A DNA stretch of 64,000 bases, taken from contig JBHGNT010000006.1 in assembly GCA_043228905.1 (NCBI GenBank), positions 12,214,001-12,278,000 of the forward strand, read 5' to 3'. Position numbers and translations under genes: made by a program. The notes beneath the pieces are model-generated. The model saw only the letters and a list, made by a program, of their open reading frames with translations. It was not told the origin of the DNA and made no database searches. This DNA is from Azolla caroliniana. Taxonomy: Eukaryota; Plantae; Polypodiophyta. Positions 38,601 through 50,247 of the stretch are shown here, in pieces (within the stretch, counting starts at the first letter, position 1; every line of letters starts with the position of its first letter).

Positions 38601-39192
38601 AGTGAAATCACAGAGGGAGCTTGAGAGTATGAAAATGGAAAAAGAAGCAAGTGAGAGAGCACTAATGGAGTTGCATCAACTTCTCGCAGAGACGGAGAAG
38701 GCCAAAGCAAACATGGAAGCAGAGATACAAAGGCTTCGAGATGATACTAAGCCATGGCATATGACTAAGGATGCCATAGATATACCGGTTCACAATGATG
38801 TGATTGTCGGGGCGAACATCATCGAGTGTAGAGATGAGCAGCCTCAACTTGATCCCATTGAAAATGAGGTTATTCATGTAAATACATCTTTATCTAATGG
38901 CGGAGCTCAAGAACACAATGAGCATATGAATATTGAGGAACTAAATTCGGTGGAGGAGCTAGATTCAACTAAGAATGAAGTATTGTCTTCAAATAGAGAA
39001 GAATTGGCGTGTTCAACATTGAAGAAGGATGAAGTGGTGTCTGAGAAGGATCAAGATGGACATGTTAGAGATGAAGTAGCTTCTCAAGAGGAGATCTCGG
39101 ATCCCTCTTTCCCCACCAAGAAGAAGAAGAAAACACTTCTTGTGCGACTTGGCACTCTCTTGGAGAAAAAGAAGCATTCTCAGGCTCCTTGA
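35641..39192 (+). CDS. WEB/ICR-like long coiled-coil protein (At5g16730/At3g02930 type), coding exon 2; ~1243 aa in total
   Basis: Acceptor TGCAG at 35640, in frame; 3.5-kb uninterrupted E/K/L-rich ORF; family-type C-terminus KKKKTLLVRLGTLLEKKK. Confidence 0.88.
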   Translation, partial: KRIPIVRGAELHQVQEELVKTKEQLALLEQSKSNVLQDLARTKGQVEDLTAKLQVFNEAFSMKKDCQHAEEREFSSLEVMKHQYERVMQDLQETKQAMESLKHELIVCVEAKDEAVRLAGEALNAAESTQIRLEELSVELIATRGSLAGATSSEMDDLIADLECHGDDNPSFTARSDSDPKLDVQLKDRNDKTVRLQLELASVKSEASSKLHKGVLEALIARSETELKQDLAFAQDFESQLKDAWLALQEMKVELYSGKGSSSLNSETDNAVHEPKNLRSELEILKHELISARNCEIQLRKAKYLVEKLQFELSVLKEAEGGSEYKLINLNSILEQLRSDLADSNEVERMSKSMVSKFSGANDTEQGDYSSATHDAVNADGEKDKETKETTVLPSALAILTSQLEETEESLVKVMVEGAVFVSFLKSFQSTLERNQTHIKIMEENEVYLKMKMEDLSRALRKMTEEKQREVGSLEDQIASATLAMASVEEDCKRQKMELVILAEKESAASLNATNLVTKLEHVQMELKNVSRKEYLSSEKHNLLEAELEASHRKLTIANEKELGLLSRVEVLSTELEISRREALTLKDTEIELNSKIAMLNRELESCWKELSVVNDREATVTLRVEALVNELEVSQKDLSAAKEKQPKTDSEFAALFERKELEALELKKKGDYSDARADDALLLDLARAQCELEERTERECSVSAEASEALELAEREKAAKVELVELNVHREKVNFEIEEAFHAAKTAREDADRLQVYLELAITEKDHARQPEQEEKAQAIRNKEKAVTAVIEAETARFEAGKAMEETQQGAEDLQSLKESLKIMEGEMDFLRRETKTIKDELKAVKLEEKILGEELHKERKAAQASREYVEALKVEVIKEKEQAKVAADETRAALSDVEKLREEVEKLKTEEKMVISAHKTIEDKLHGAPIELNTVKHDAATQDEGEYKLAGLTSGELDELRRKSADAEGLIASVESDSESLNASTVKSQRELESMKMEKEASERALMELHQLLAETEKAKANMEAEIQRLRDDTKPWHMTKDAIDIPVHNDVIVGANIIECRDEQPQLDPIENEVIHVNTSLSNGGAQEHNEHMNIEELNSVEELDSTKNEVLSSNREELACSTLKKDEVVSEKDQDGHVRDEVASQEEISDPSFPTKKKKKTLLVRLGTLLEKKKHSQAP

Positions 39193-39862
39193 ATAATGAA
39201 CACCTCATTGAAGAAGGCTTCACTAATTTGAAGTAGCAAGATAGTGCAGCTGTTTTCTGTAATGATATGGGTAGCAAATATTGTATGCATTTTTTTGTCT
39301 TGCAGTGTACTTCGCTACCTAATTATGTTTATTATGGAATTCCACAGGATTTGTGGGCGAGTTCACTTCTTCACTGTTATGAAAAATGTGTAAATTATAT
39401 TTGTAACAGTTCCTTTCCTTCATCTAAATATTGCATAGCTCATCTGATTTTTTTTTGCAAAGCATGCATATTCCATTATTTAACATAGATGAAGGTCCAC
39501 GAAGTACCTAGATTCTGAAGAGGATTCTCCTTTGTATTTCAATACGAAGAAAGTTTTAGGTTGAATGCACATGATCTACTTTTCTTAACGTAACCATGTT
39601 CAATATCACCTTACTATCCCCTAGATTGTCAAATCCAGAATATTCACATTTTGACAACTGAAGATGTAACAAGGTGTTTTGTAGTGCCATCGTCTTGTGT
39701 AATACTTAATATTGAACAACTTTCTACTAAGCTTAGTCATAGCTCTATGCAGAATCTGGTGGTTTGCCTTTAGCACATCCAAATAAAAGGTTTCTTGTGT
39801 TCGTTAACATGTTATGATCTCAGGCAGCAAAACAAATCAATTTGAAGCCAAGTTTTAAAGCT

Positions 39863-42368
39863 TGTAGTGTGTATGTAACCAGTGAGAAATGCTTAGGTAA
39901 GAACCTTTCCTAATAAAGAGAGAGTATTATAATGATTAGCTTGAAAGCATGTATCATTTACTTCTATATATAATTCATAACCTGATACCAATTCATGACT
40001 TTAGTGCAATGCATAGCAAAATTCGCATTTTGCTATGCATGTTACATGCTTAACTTTTAATTACGATAAATAGTGAGAAAGGCCAAAAAGGTAATTCTCA
40101 CTATTTATCACTAGGTATATAACTTAATAAAAAACGAGGGTTTTCTCTGCCCACCAAAAAAGATTTTTGTGTCTTTTTTTGTGTTGCTTTCTTCTTGTGC
40201 TATTCACCGTTTTCTCTGCAAAAAAACAACTTGTCCATGTTTCCTTGCTCGTACAACAGTGGTATCAGAGCGAAGGGTTTCGTGAAAGACATTTTTTGTG
40301 GTAGGAATCGTTCGTTTCTCAGTATTTGCCTCTCTTTGTGTATGTTGTTTTTCCACGAACTCCTCAAAGAGATAATCTCCAAATTCTCTTACTGTAAGGT
40401 CTTGTTGTTCCACTATGTTTAAGCCACTTTTGGGGAAATACACTGTCGAAAGGTATTTTTTCTTCTCTAAACCTAGAAACAAAGAGGATTCACTTGTTTC
40501 TGGTTTACAAAAGAGCAGATTTGCATTTTTAAAAACAATGCTTGCTCACTTGACGTGAGATTGTGAAATTGAAAGTTGCATTTTAGTCACATTCCATTTA
40601 CTTTTGGCTAAACTACGAGTGAGGTGTTGGTTTTAGGCGAAGATAGATAGTTCTTGTTTTTGGGGGCCTATGATAGTTACGTATACATATTTTCTTTTTG
40701 AAGATGGTGATAGTTGTACTTGAGACCAACTAGTGAGTAGCGTCCCAACTATCATTAGGTGCTTAAAGTTGCAATCAACTAAGATTACTTACCACCTAAT
40801 AACTTTTGAAATGTCGAAGGTTTCGAGTACCTCATGCAGTGATTCCCATAGAAATTACTCTATGCGTGGAAAAGACCACCTTGATATTTATAAATTTGAT
40901 GGATCTAACTTCCCCTTGTGGAAGAATCAGATGAGAGATGTCCCGATTCAAAGAAGGCAATTAAGGCCATTAAGTGGCGAAGCCAAGAGACCCGAGGGCA
41001 TGACCAATGACAATTGGGAGGAGCTCGATCTCTTGGCAATGTCCACCATAAGATTGCACCTAGTAGACAATGTATACTTCACGGTCTTGGATTGTGATTC
41101 AGCCAAAAAGTTATGGACTAAACTATGTAGTACATACTGTTGGGGAAACTGGTCCCTCCGGATGGGATGAGCATAAGTCGGATGGGCAGAGGGACTGGCC
41201 ATTAGCCGGCCCGTCCGAATCGAGTTCTGGATATATTATACTGAGTTGGATAAGACTCCATGCAACGTGAGCCGACTAGGATTTGGCTGTCCGACTAAGA
41301 GCTGGATAAGAAGTCCATGTCAAAATGGTGGCCGATCGATCGATCGAGGGCTAATTTGGTGAGAGTCGCCAGTAGCCGATTGACCTATAGTTGAATCAGA
41401 TGAAAGTCGATCGGCTCGTAGTCGATTCGGACTGTGGCCGATTCGGCTGAATCAGATTCATTCGGTTTGGGCTATATTTATAAATAGCCCACACTTGTGT
41501 ATTAGTATAAATACACCTAGGGCTAACATATTGTATATGTGTGATCATCAGAGTTGTAAGCACTGTGTACAAAGAGAGAGTGTGTGTGAGTAACCGTCAG
41601 TAAGATGAAAACGAACTCAAGGTTGTTGCCTAGAGTCTCGTGTGTATTCCTCCATATATAGTTATTCTGTTTGGAGTTTGTGGGCTCCCATGGTTTTTTC
41701 TCATTCTAGGTTTCCAAGTTAATATCTCATGTCTTTGTGTGTGTGCATTTTTATGTTTTTCGTTGTTTCGGTTATTGTCTTTATCATTGTACTTGACAAC
41801 CGGTTATCGCCGATCCATATTCTTTCACATATGAAAAAGAGATCGCATCAAATAAAGTTTATGTACTTTAATGAAGGACACTAATAGTGTTGCCTCTCAT
41901 TTGAATGATTTTGATGCACTATGGTCACAATTACAAGCTTAGCAAATGACTATGGACGATGCACTAAAATGTGTATTTTTGTTATGCACTTTCCCTAGCT
42001 CATGCGATACATTTTGCATCGCTGTTAGCAATAGTGCACCAAATGGGAAACTACTCTATAATGATATATGTGGAGCACTATTAAGCGATGAAATTCATAG
42101 GAAATCTATGACTGCATCACATAATGGAGATGCATATAATGTGTATGAGTTTGGTTCTCGTAAGAACCAACACTGTGGTAGGAGCCAAATGAGAAATAAT
42201 AGTGGAAATAATAGAGATCGAAGCAAATCTAGGAAGAAAAACATGGAGTATCATTATTGCCATAAGAAGGGACACCTCAAGAAAGATTGTTATGCCCTGA
42301 AAAATAAGGAAAAAGATAATGATAAATCCAAAGGTGATGGGCATGGAAGACAATCTAGTTGTCCTAAA
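39863..42368 (+). mobile_element. Truncated Tork-like copia (LTR end 40258, PBS 40260-40271, gag); LTR start approximate
   Basis: TGGTATCAGAGC; KFDGSNFPLWK; knuckle remnant YHYCHKKGH. Confidence 0.75.
41138..41827 (+). mobile_element. Solo LTR, distantly related to family A
   Basis: TG...CA termini; TSD CATAC/CATAT; splits gag at CSTY|EKE. Confidence 0.85.
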
Positions 42369-42373
42369 TGTCA

Positions 42374-43166
42374 AGTTGAGCGAGCAAGCTCAACTTGGGC
42401 CGGATCGACTAAAGAAGTTGAGAGCTAGATTGTCTAGGCCAAGTCAGATGGAATCTGATAGGCCGTTAGGGGCCTCTATTCCTATTTTGTATTATAGGTT
42501 GTGTCAAGATTCGAACTCTTGACATGACGATGTTATAATGGAGCGTTATGTGTTAACCACACATCTAGCATATAATCATGTATATACTTCCTCATTGTAG
42601 GTTTTAGCTAGCATCTTGTGCATAATTTCTCCCTTGTATTATTTACACTTGGCACATGCATGTGTACCTACTACCTACATGCTCTATTGTATCACATGCG
42701 TGCAACAGGTATGCATGCCACTTAGTATAAATAGTTGAGTTCACCTTGAAGGAATTCAAGGTGAACAAAGCCAGTCATGGACATATCAATCTAGTATTCT
42801 CGTTTCGCCTATCTTCTCTCCTTAATCGTCATCTCTATCTTTATGCTCTTGTGTCATTCCGTCATCGCTCCGTCGTAGCCTCATCATCTGTGCTCCGTCT
42901 TAGTCCGCACTTGGTGTGTCCGTGATAGGTTGTTAGTGTGGGGCTCAATTGATGAGCATTTAAGTACTTGTCAGTCCTTTTTGAGAACTTGTATAAAGAG
43001 TGCTCACTAAGCACATTGTATGTACAGAGTGTTGATTATTTTGAATCAAGGCTTGTTTGCTCTATCTCTGTCACTCTCACATCTAATCTCATCTCTGCGT
43101 ATACCTAACTATTGTACTTCCGGATAATTGACTATGCATTCTATGTGTCGTATAAGCTTTTGCACA
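42374..43166 (+). mobile_element. C-related copia solo LTR, interrupted by another solo LTR
   Basis: (T)GTTGAG...AAGCTCAAC start; C-like TATA region; TGTCA on both flanks (42369-42373 / 43167-43171). Confidence 0.7.
42502..42927 (+). mobile_element. Gypsy-type solo LTR with an antisense tRNA-like cassette at its 5' tip
   Basis: TGTCA...TGATA termini; perfect TSD GGTTG; TATAAATAG near 42726. Confidence 0.8.
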
Positions 43167-43509
43167 TGTCAAGAATAGTACTGAGACAAAGAAGAAATTA
43201 GTACTAAGAGGAATAGAGGGTGTAGAACACTCGAGAGAAGGAGAGAGAGAGAGAGAGAGAGTGAGTGAGATATCGAGGGAGAGAAAATGATGATGACAAC
43301 GATATATTATGTGAGAAGAATATACAAGGAAGGCTAGGAGGCTTAAGATTGGCGTTGAACTGATTTGGTTCGAAATAATGTCTTGTGCCATATTTTATAG
43401 TGTTCTCAGGAGTAGTCCTAAAGCTTCTAAAATGTTCCTAAGAAATCTGGAATATACATTAATTTTCTAAAGTAAAATTTAAATAAAAATATTATTCTAC
43501 GTATTACAA

Positions 43510-43575
43510 TAGATAGTGTAATGGTCAAGAGCTCCGCCCATGTAACATAAGGTCATGGGTTTGAGTCTTGCCATA
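43510..43575 (+). other. tRNA-derived A-box/B-box cassette at the U3 tip of the chromovirus LTR (antisense)
   Basis: TAGTGTAATGG 43514-43524; AGGTC variable loop; GGTTTGAGTC 43558-43567; canonical 45-nt spacing. Confidence 0.65.
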
Positions 43576-43998
43576 TCATGACACTATCCCCCCTTTAAAA
43601 CGACGAGTGTCACGAGTCGTTTTGGATTGAGGACCCGATTTATCTGGATATTGACGATGGAAGTCTTCAAGAAGAGCATGAGCATTGGTCACATTCTCTA
43701 TTGGTTCCCAAGTACGCTCGCTGGGACTATATCCTAACCAATCGACTAAATAGTAGAGGTTTTTGCGAACAATCTTGGAATCGAGGATGACGACAACCTC
43801 GTACTCAGGTCTATCTTTAAGTTTGATCGGGGGTGGAGGTTGTGGAATATGTCCTGGGATGGTGTTGTCTTGATAGGGTTTGAGGAGAGAACTATGAAAC
43901 ACCGGATGTATGCGAAATTGCGGGGGTAGATCGAGACGAAAAGTGACATCATTAATCTTTCCGATAATACGGAAAGGACCTAATCGTCGATAATCCAA
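43576..43998 (-). pseudogene. Integrase C-terminus (GPF/Y motif) plus chromodomain
   Basis: GPFRI...IHPVFHSSLL; EYEVVVILD...YLVDWLGY...TWEP. Confidence 0.9.
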
Positions 43999-45211
43999 CT
44001 TCTCGCATGGGCGAGTAGTCTTGATGTGTCGTCGTAGTAGTCATACCCGATCTCCAATGTTAAAACTGAATGGAAGCTGATGACGATCCGTGTAAACCTT
44101 GTGTGTTTGTTGAGCTTGATGTAGATGAGTACATAAATCTGCTTGTATCTTGCGTAACTGCTCCAAACGATCCTCTGCGCAAGGATTTGTGGATAACTCT
44201 AGGGTTTCAAATACACACCACCAAGGGTGACAACCCTTATAAGCATAAAATGGCGCAACTTTAGTAGATGAGAGGACAGAGTTATTATAGGCAAATTCGG
44301 CGAAGTGGAGAATATCCGCCCAGTCATCCTGATGATAGCTTAGAAAGCACCGAAGATATTGCTCCAACATTTGATTTGTTCGTTTTGCTTGGCCGTCGGT
44401 TTGCGGGTGGTAGTTGGAGGAGAGGTTACAAGTGACTCTGAGCATTTTAAAAAGGTGCTTCCAGAATTTCGACACGAACTGGGGTCCACGATCGCTGATG
44501 ATATTATTAGGAAGGCCATGATGCCAACATACTTCACGCATGACTATTTCGGCGGTTTCTTCACTGGAGATTTCCTTAGTACATGGCAAGAAATGAGCCA
44601 TCTTCATATATCGATCTACTACTATTAAAATCGCATTAAATCCCTTAGAGATTGGAAGATCTGTGATGAAATCTAGAGCAATGGATTGCCATGGCTTCCT
44701 TGGAATTGGTAATGGTTCTAATAAACCATCTAGATGATGCCTTGGCATTTTTGCTTTGCAACATGTATCACAAGTCCGAATAAAATCTTCGACAAATTGT
44801 CGCATATAGGGCCACCAGAATGATCGTTGTACTAAATCTAATGTCTTAGTACTACCAAAATGCCCAACTGTATATGTGTCATGAAAGTTTTGGACTACTC
44901 GAAGGTGGCAAGAACCATTAGGAACATACAAGAGTTTCTTAAAGAATAGTAATCCATCATGACATTCGAATTGTCGATAGTCCGTACCTGGTTGGGCCCA
45001 CCGAGCTTGACGTCGATTTAACACACGAGCACTCTGAAAGTAGGCGAGATTTTTTTGATCACTGAATACGGTGACTTGATGAGAGGATCCCTCTAGAAAA
45101 TGCCTCCATTGCGTAAAAGAGTCCACTATTACTAATAGCTCCTTATCATGAATTTCATAGTTGATTTCGGTGGCGTCAAACTTGCGTGAATGGAAAGCCA
45201 CAGGATGTAGC

Positions 45212-48200
45212 TGACGAGATATATGCGGAATAATCTCTGGCCACAACCGAAGCGTAGATTACTTGATGACAATCAAACACAGAACAAATGGGAATGGAGG
45301 TAAGTACACAAAACAGAAAGAGAATACACAGGATATTAATGTGGAAAACCCTAAGAGGGAAAAACCACGGGAGTCCACAGACTCCAAACTATCATTATAT
45401 CAAGTAATACAACAGGGAGCACAGAGGCAACAACCTCTTGCTCACAATCTTCACCTAGCGGCGGTTACAATAGAGACACAATCTCTGTATATCGCTCTCT
45501 CTCTCTCTCTCTTACACACTGTACAGAAGTTACACCAATAACTCTATCATCATCTTTTGAGTTTGCCCTAGGTCATATTTATACTAATATGACTTTCGGG
45601 CTATTTACAAATAAAGCCCCAGTGGGCTCACTAGAACATATTTACATATATGTCCCTTCCATCTGATGAGAGGTTCTCACCGGGCCTGCAACATCCGGTT
45701 CTCACTGGGTCTTCCTTGTCGGTACTCATCATCCGGTTCTCACCGGGTCTACATCATTCGGTTCTGGGTACTCCACATCCGGTTCTCACCGGGTCTTCCG
45801 ATGTCGGGCCTTCGTATCCCATCTGGAGGGACCGAGATCCTAACAAACTCCCCCGTCACTCCGGCATGGGATGCCTCGTCAATCCAATCCGCTTTCGGCA
45901 TGTGTCTAGCTTGTCGGGCGTCAGCACCTTGGTCAGCATATTCGACCCGTTTTGCTCCGTGTGGATCTTCGTCAGCACGAACTCGCGGTCTTCTACTTGC
46001 TCCCGAATCCAGTGGTACCTCCATTGGATGTGCTTCGTCCTGGAATGATACGTTGCGTTTTTCGCAAGGTGGATGACACTTTGACTGTCGCAATAGAGCT
46101 AGTATTCCTTTTGCCGGATCTGTAGCTCTTCGATGAAGTCCTTCATCCATAGTATTTCCTTGCCGGCTTCCATAACCACCATGTACTCCGCTTCCGTGGT
46201 TGACAACGCAACCGTCTTCTGCAGCCTCGATTGCCACGAAACAACTCCCCCCGCATATGTCATGACATATCTAGATGTTGACCGGCTGGTATCCGCATCA
46301 GCCGACATATCCGAATCGGTGAAACCATCAAGTTGGGGTTTACCGGAGCTGAATCGGAGACACATACTTGAGGTGCCTTTCAAGTATCGGAGTATCCATT
46401 TTACCACATTCCAGTGCTCCTTGCCGGGATTGCTCATAAACTAGCTCACCACTCCAACTGCATATCCGATATCCGGTCGGGTACACACCATTGCGTACAT
46501 TAGGCTCCCGACGGTAGAGGCATATGGTATCTTCATGATATCCACCTTCTCTACCTTCGTCTTTGGGCTTTGCTTACCGGATAACTTGCAGTTTGCCGGA
46601 AGTGTCGATCCGACCGGTTTCGCATCTGACATGTTGAACCGCTGAAGCACCTTTGTCACGTACTTCTCTTGTGAAAGCCACAATTGCTTGGTTGGCCGGT
46701 CCCGGATGATATACATCCCTAGCATCTGTCTTGCTGGACCCAAGGCTTTCATTAAGAAGGTCTGGTTCAGGGCCGTATTCAGCATCCGTATCTTGACTTG
46801 GTCTCGTCCGATGATCAACATGTCGTCCACGTACAAGAGGAGTATCAGGAAGTCTCCACCTTTGAATTTCTTCACAAATACGCAGTGATCGGCCTGCACC
46901 TTGTGGTACCCTTGATCGGTCATTAAGGAGTCGAACTTCCGGTATCATTGCCGGGGAGCCTGGTTCAACCCGTAGAGGCTCCTTTTTAACCGGCAAACCA
47001 AGTGCTCCTTCCCTTTCTTCACAAATCCCTCCGGTTGCTGCATGTAGATCTCCTCTTCGAGGTCGCCGTGGAGGAACGCCGTCATCACGTCTAACTGCTC
47101 TACCTCGAGGTCCATGCTTGCCGCTATGCTTAGCACCGTCTGAATGGAAGTCATCTTTACTACCGGGGAAAATATCTCGTTGAAGTCCACGCCCTTCTTC
47201 TGCTGGAACCCCTTCACCACGATCCTGGCTTTGTACCTTGGAGGGTTGCCGACATCTCCCGGTTTCAACTTGTACACCCACTTGTTTCGGAGTGCCCTCT
47301 TTCCTTTCGGCAACTCCACCAATTCATATGTGTGGTTCTCATGCACGACATCCATCTCGCCCTGCATGGTACTCAACCACTTGCAGCTATGGGTGTCATC
47401 CTTCGCTTCTTAGAAGCTTTCCGGCTCCCCCTCATCAGTCAACAACACATGCTCTGCATCCGGAAATCTCCGGGGGGCCCTTCTCTCTCTGAGAGGATAT
47501 CTCCGTCTTTGGCTTTCGGCAACCGGCTCCTCTATTTGTTCTTCATCTGAATCCGATTCGGGGTCTTGGCCCGTTCCAGTTTCAGCTTCCTCTACTTCTT
47601 CTTCTGGTTCGGTATCCTCACCGTAACCGGCTGGTTCCTCGAGTGTCAACCGGCTCTTAGCCGGGTGGGTCCGAATCTCATCGGAGTTCATTATCTTCTT
47701 CTCCGACTCCCAGTCGACAAGAGTCTTGTCCTCCATGAAGTTAATATCTCGGCTCTGGAAAACCTTCTTGTCTACCGGATCCCATACTCGGTAGCCGAAC
47801 TCATCATCGCTGTATCCGAGGAATATGCATGGCCCGATCTTTGGATCCAACTTTCCTCTCTGGTGCTTAGCAACATGCACGTATGCGAGACACCCGAACA
47901 CCTTCAAATGCCGGTAGGACACTTCCTTACCGGTCCACACCTTTTGCGGCGTGTCTCCATCCAAGGGCACTAAGATGATTTGTTTATCACATACGTCGTT
48001 GTCGACAACACCTCAGCCCAAAACGCCTTGGGTAGATTTGCATGTGCTAGCATACTCCAGACCCTCTCCATTATGGTCCGGTTCATCCTCTCGGCTAGCC
48101 CGTTTAGTTCTGGCGTCTTCGGCACGGTAAATTCGAGCAGGATTCCCTTCGAGTGGCAGTACTCCTTGAACTACCCTCGGTATTCTCCTCCGTTATGTGC

Positions 48201-49882
48201 TCGAACCGCCTTCAGCTTCCGTCCGATTTCTCTTTCCACTCTTGCGTGGAGCTCCTTGAAGACGGATAACACCTGATCCTTCGTCTTCAACGGTGTGGCC
48301 CATAGCCTCCTTCTGTGGTCATCTATGAACGTCACGATGTACTGTGCTCCGACATAGGACTTCGTGTCCACTTGACACACATCGGTATGCACCAACTCCA
48401 ATGGTGCATTACGTCTCATCGGTGGCCTTGATTGGAAGGAGGTCCGGTTTTGCTTACCGGCTAGGCAATCAGTGCACCTCTCAAGATGCACGTTCTTCAT
48501 CGGAATGAGGTTGTCATCGGCAAGCCTCTTCATCCACTTCACGCTTATGTGACACAGTCTCTTGTGCCACAGCTCACTGGCAGTGTCGAAAGCCACGTTC
48601 ACTTCTTCCGGGCACAACCGGTTTAGGTGGAATGACGCTCCGGAATCGACAACCCACGTTGTCTCGTCGCCGGGAAGGTTCAACTCACTCTCCTCGGTGA
48701 TGAGCATCAACTCTTCTTCACTTGCCGCGATTGCCGTCGTTCCCTTCCGGTCCGGTCCCATCCGGTCTTTACTGTTCCGGTCCGGTGTCCGCTTCGAATC
48801 GGTACCGTCGATTTCCTTGTCTTTTCGGAAGTGCCGACAGTTCTTCTGGAAGTGTCCTAGCTTGCCGCAATAGAAGCAAGTAGGCCTCCCCCTTGACTTT
48901 GACCGTGTCCCCGACTTTTCCCGGTTCTGGGGACTACGGTTCCTTTGTCTTCCGCGTTCCAATTCGGTAAGGAGCGCTTTGGAGTCGGAGCTCGTATCCT
49001 TGTCTTTCCGACGCGCCTCCTCATCTAGCAAGCTCGACTTCACTCTTGCTAGGAATAACCGTTTCCCTTCCGGCTCGGCGTTGCCCAAAGTGACAACCAA
49101 CGTCTCCCAGCTATCTGGGAGGGAACCCAACAGGAGTAGTGCTAGTACCTCATCGGCGAGAGGTACTTCCAATGATGTTGCTTGGTGGATCAGCCCCTGG
49201 AAGGCATTCATGTGCTCCGCCAAGCTGGAGCCATCTTGGTACCGGAGTCTTACTAGCTTCCGAAATACCGAAACCTGATTAACAACATTTTTGTTCTGAA
49301 ACATAATGCCGATCTTCTCCCAGAGCTCATGAGCCTTGCTCTCTTCATTGAAGTTGTTGTATAGACTCATGTCGATGAAGCACTGTATGTATGTTGTTGT
49401 CTTCATGTGTATCACCTCTCATATCGTGGCGTTGATTTTGTCCGGTCTCTTATCCTTGCACTGAACCAGCAACCAAAGATCTTTAACCACGAGCATGTCC
49501 CTCATCTTCGACTTCCACACTGAGTAGTTGGAGCCGGTGTACTTGAACATGCCCCCCAACGAATCGTCCATTTTTCTGTGTCGTTTCGCTCTGATACCAA
49601 TTTGACGAGAAATATGCGGAATAATGTCCGGCCACAACCAAAGCGTAGATTACTTGATGACAATCAAACACAAAAGAAATGGGAATGGAGGTAAGTACAC
49701 AAAATAGAAAGAGAATACATAGGATATTAATGTGGAAAACCTTGAGAGGGAAAAACCACGGGAGTCCACAGACTCCAAACTATCACTATATCAAGTAATA
49801 CAACAGGGAGCACAGAGGCAACGACCTCCTGCTCACAATCTTCACCTAGCGGCGGTTACAACAGAGACACAATCTCTGTATA

Positions 49883-49917
<35 letters not shown>

Positions 49918-50247
49918 CACTATGCAGAAGTTACACCAATAACTCTATCATCATCTTTTGAGTTTGCCCTAGGTCATATTTATACTAATATGACTTTCGG
50001 GCTATTTACAAATAAAGCCCCAGTGGGCTCTCTGGAACATATTTACATATATGTCCCTTCCATCCGATGAGAGGTTCTCACCGGGCCTGCAACATTCGGT
50101 TCTCACCGGGTCTTCCTTGCCGGGTACTCGTCATCCGGTTCTCACCGGGTCTGCCTCATCCGGTTCTGGGTACTCCACATCCGGTTCTCACTGGGTCTTC
50201 CGATGCCGGGCCTTTGTATCCCATCCGGAGGGACCGAGATCCTAACA
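45212..50247 (-). mobile_element. Ty1/copia element D (family A), inserted into the gypsy RNase H
   Basis: LTRs 45212-45845 and 49603-50247; PBS 49588-49599; PPT beside 45848; TSD GTAGC/ATAGC. Confidence 0.93.

Noticed and set aside
18565-43575. Functional tRNA genes at the four A/B-box sites
   Set aside because: Acceptor and anticodon stems do not pair convincingly, so they are reported as tRNA-derived cassettes only.
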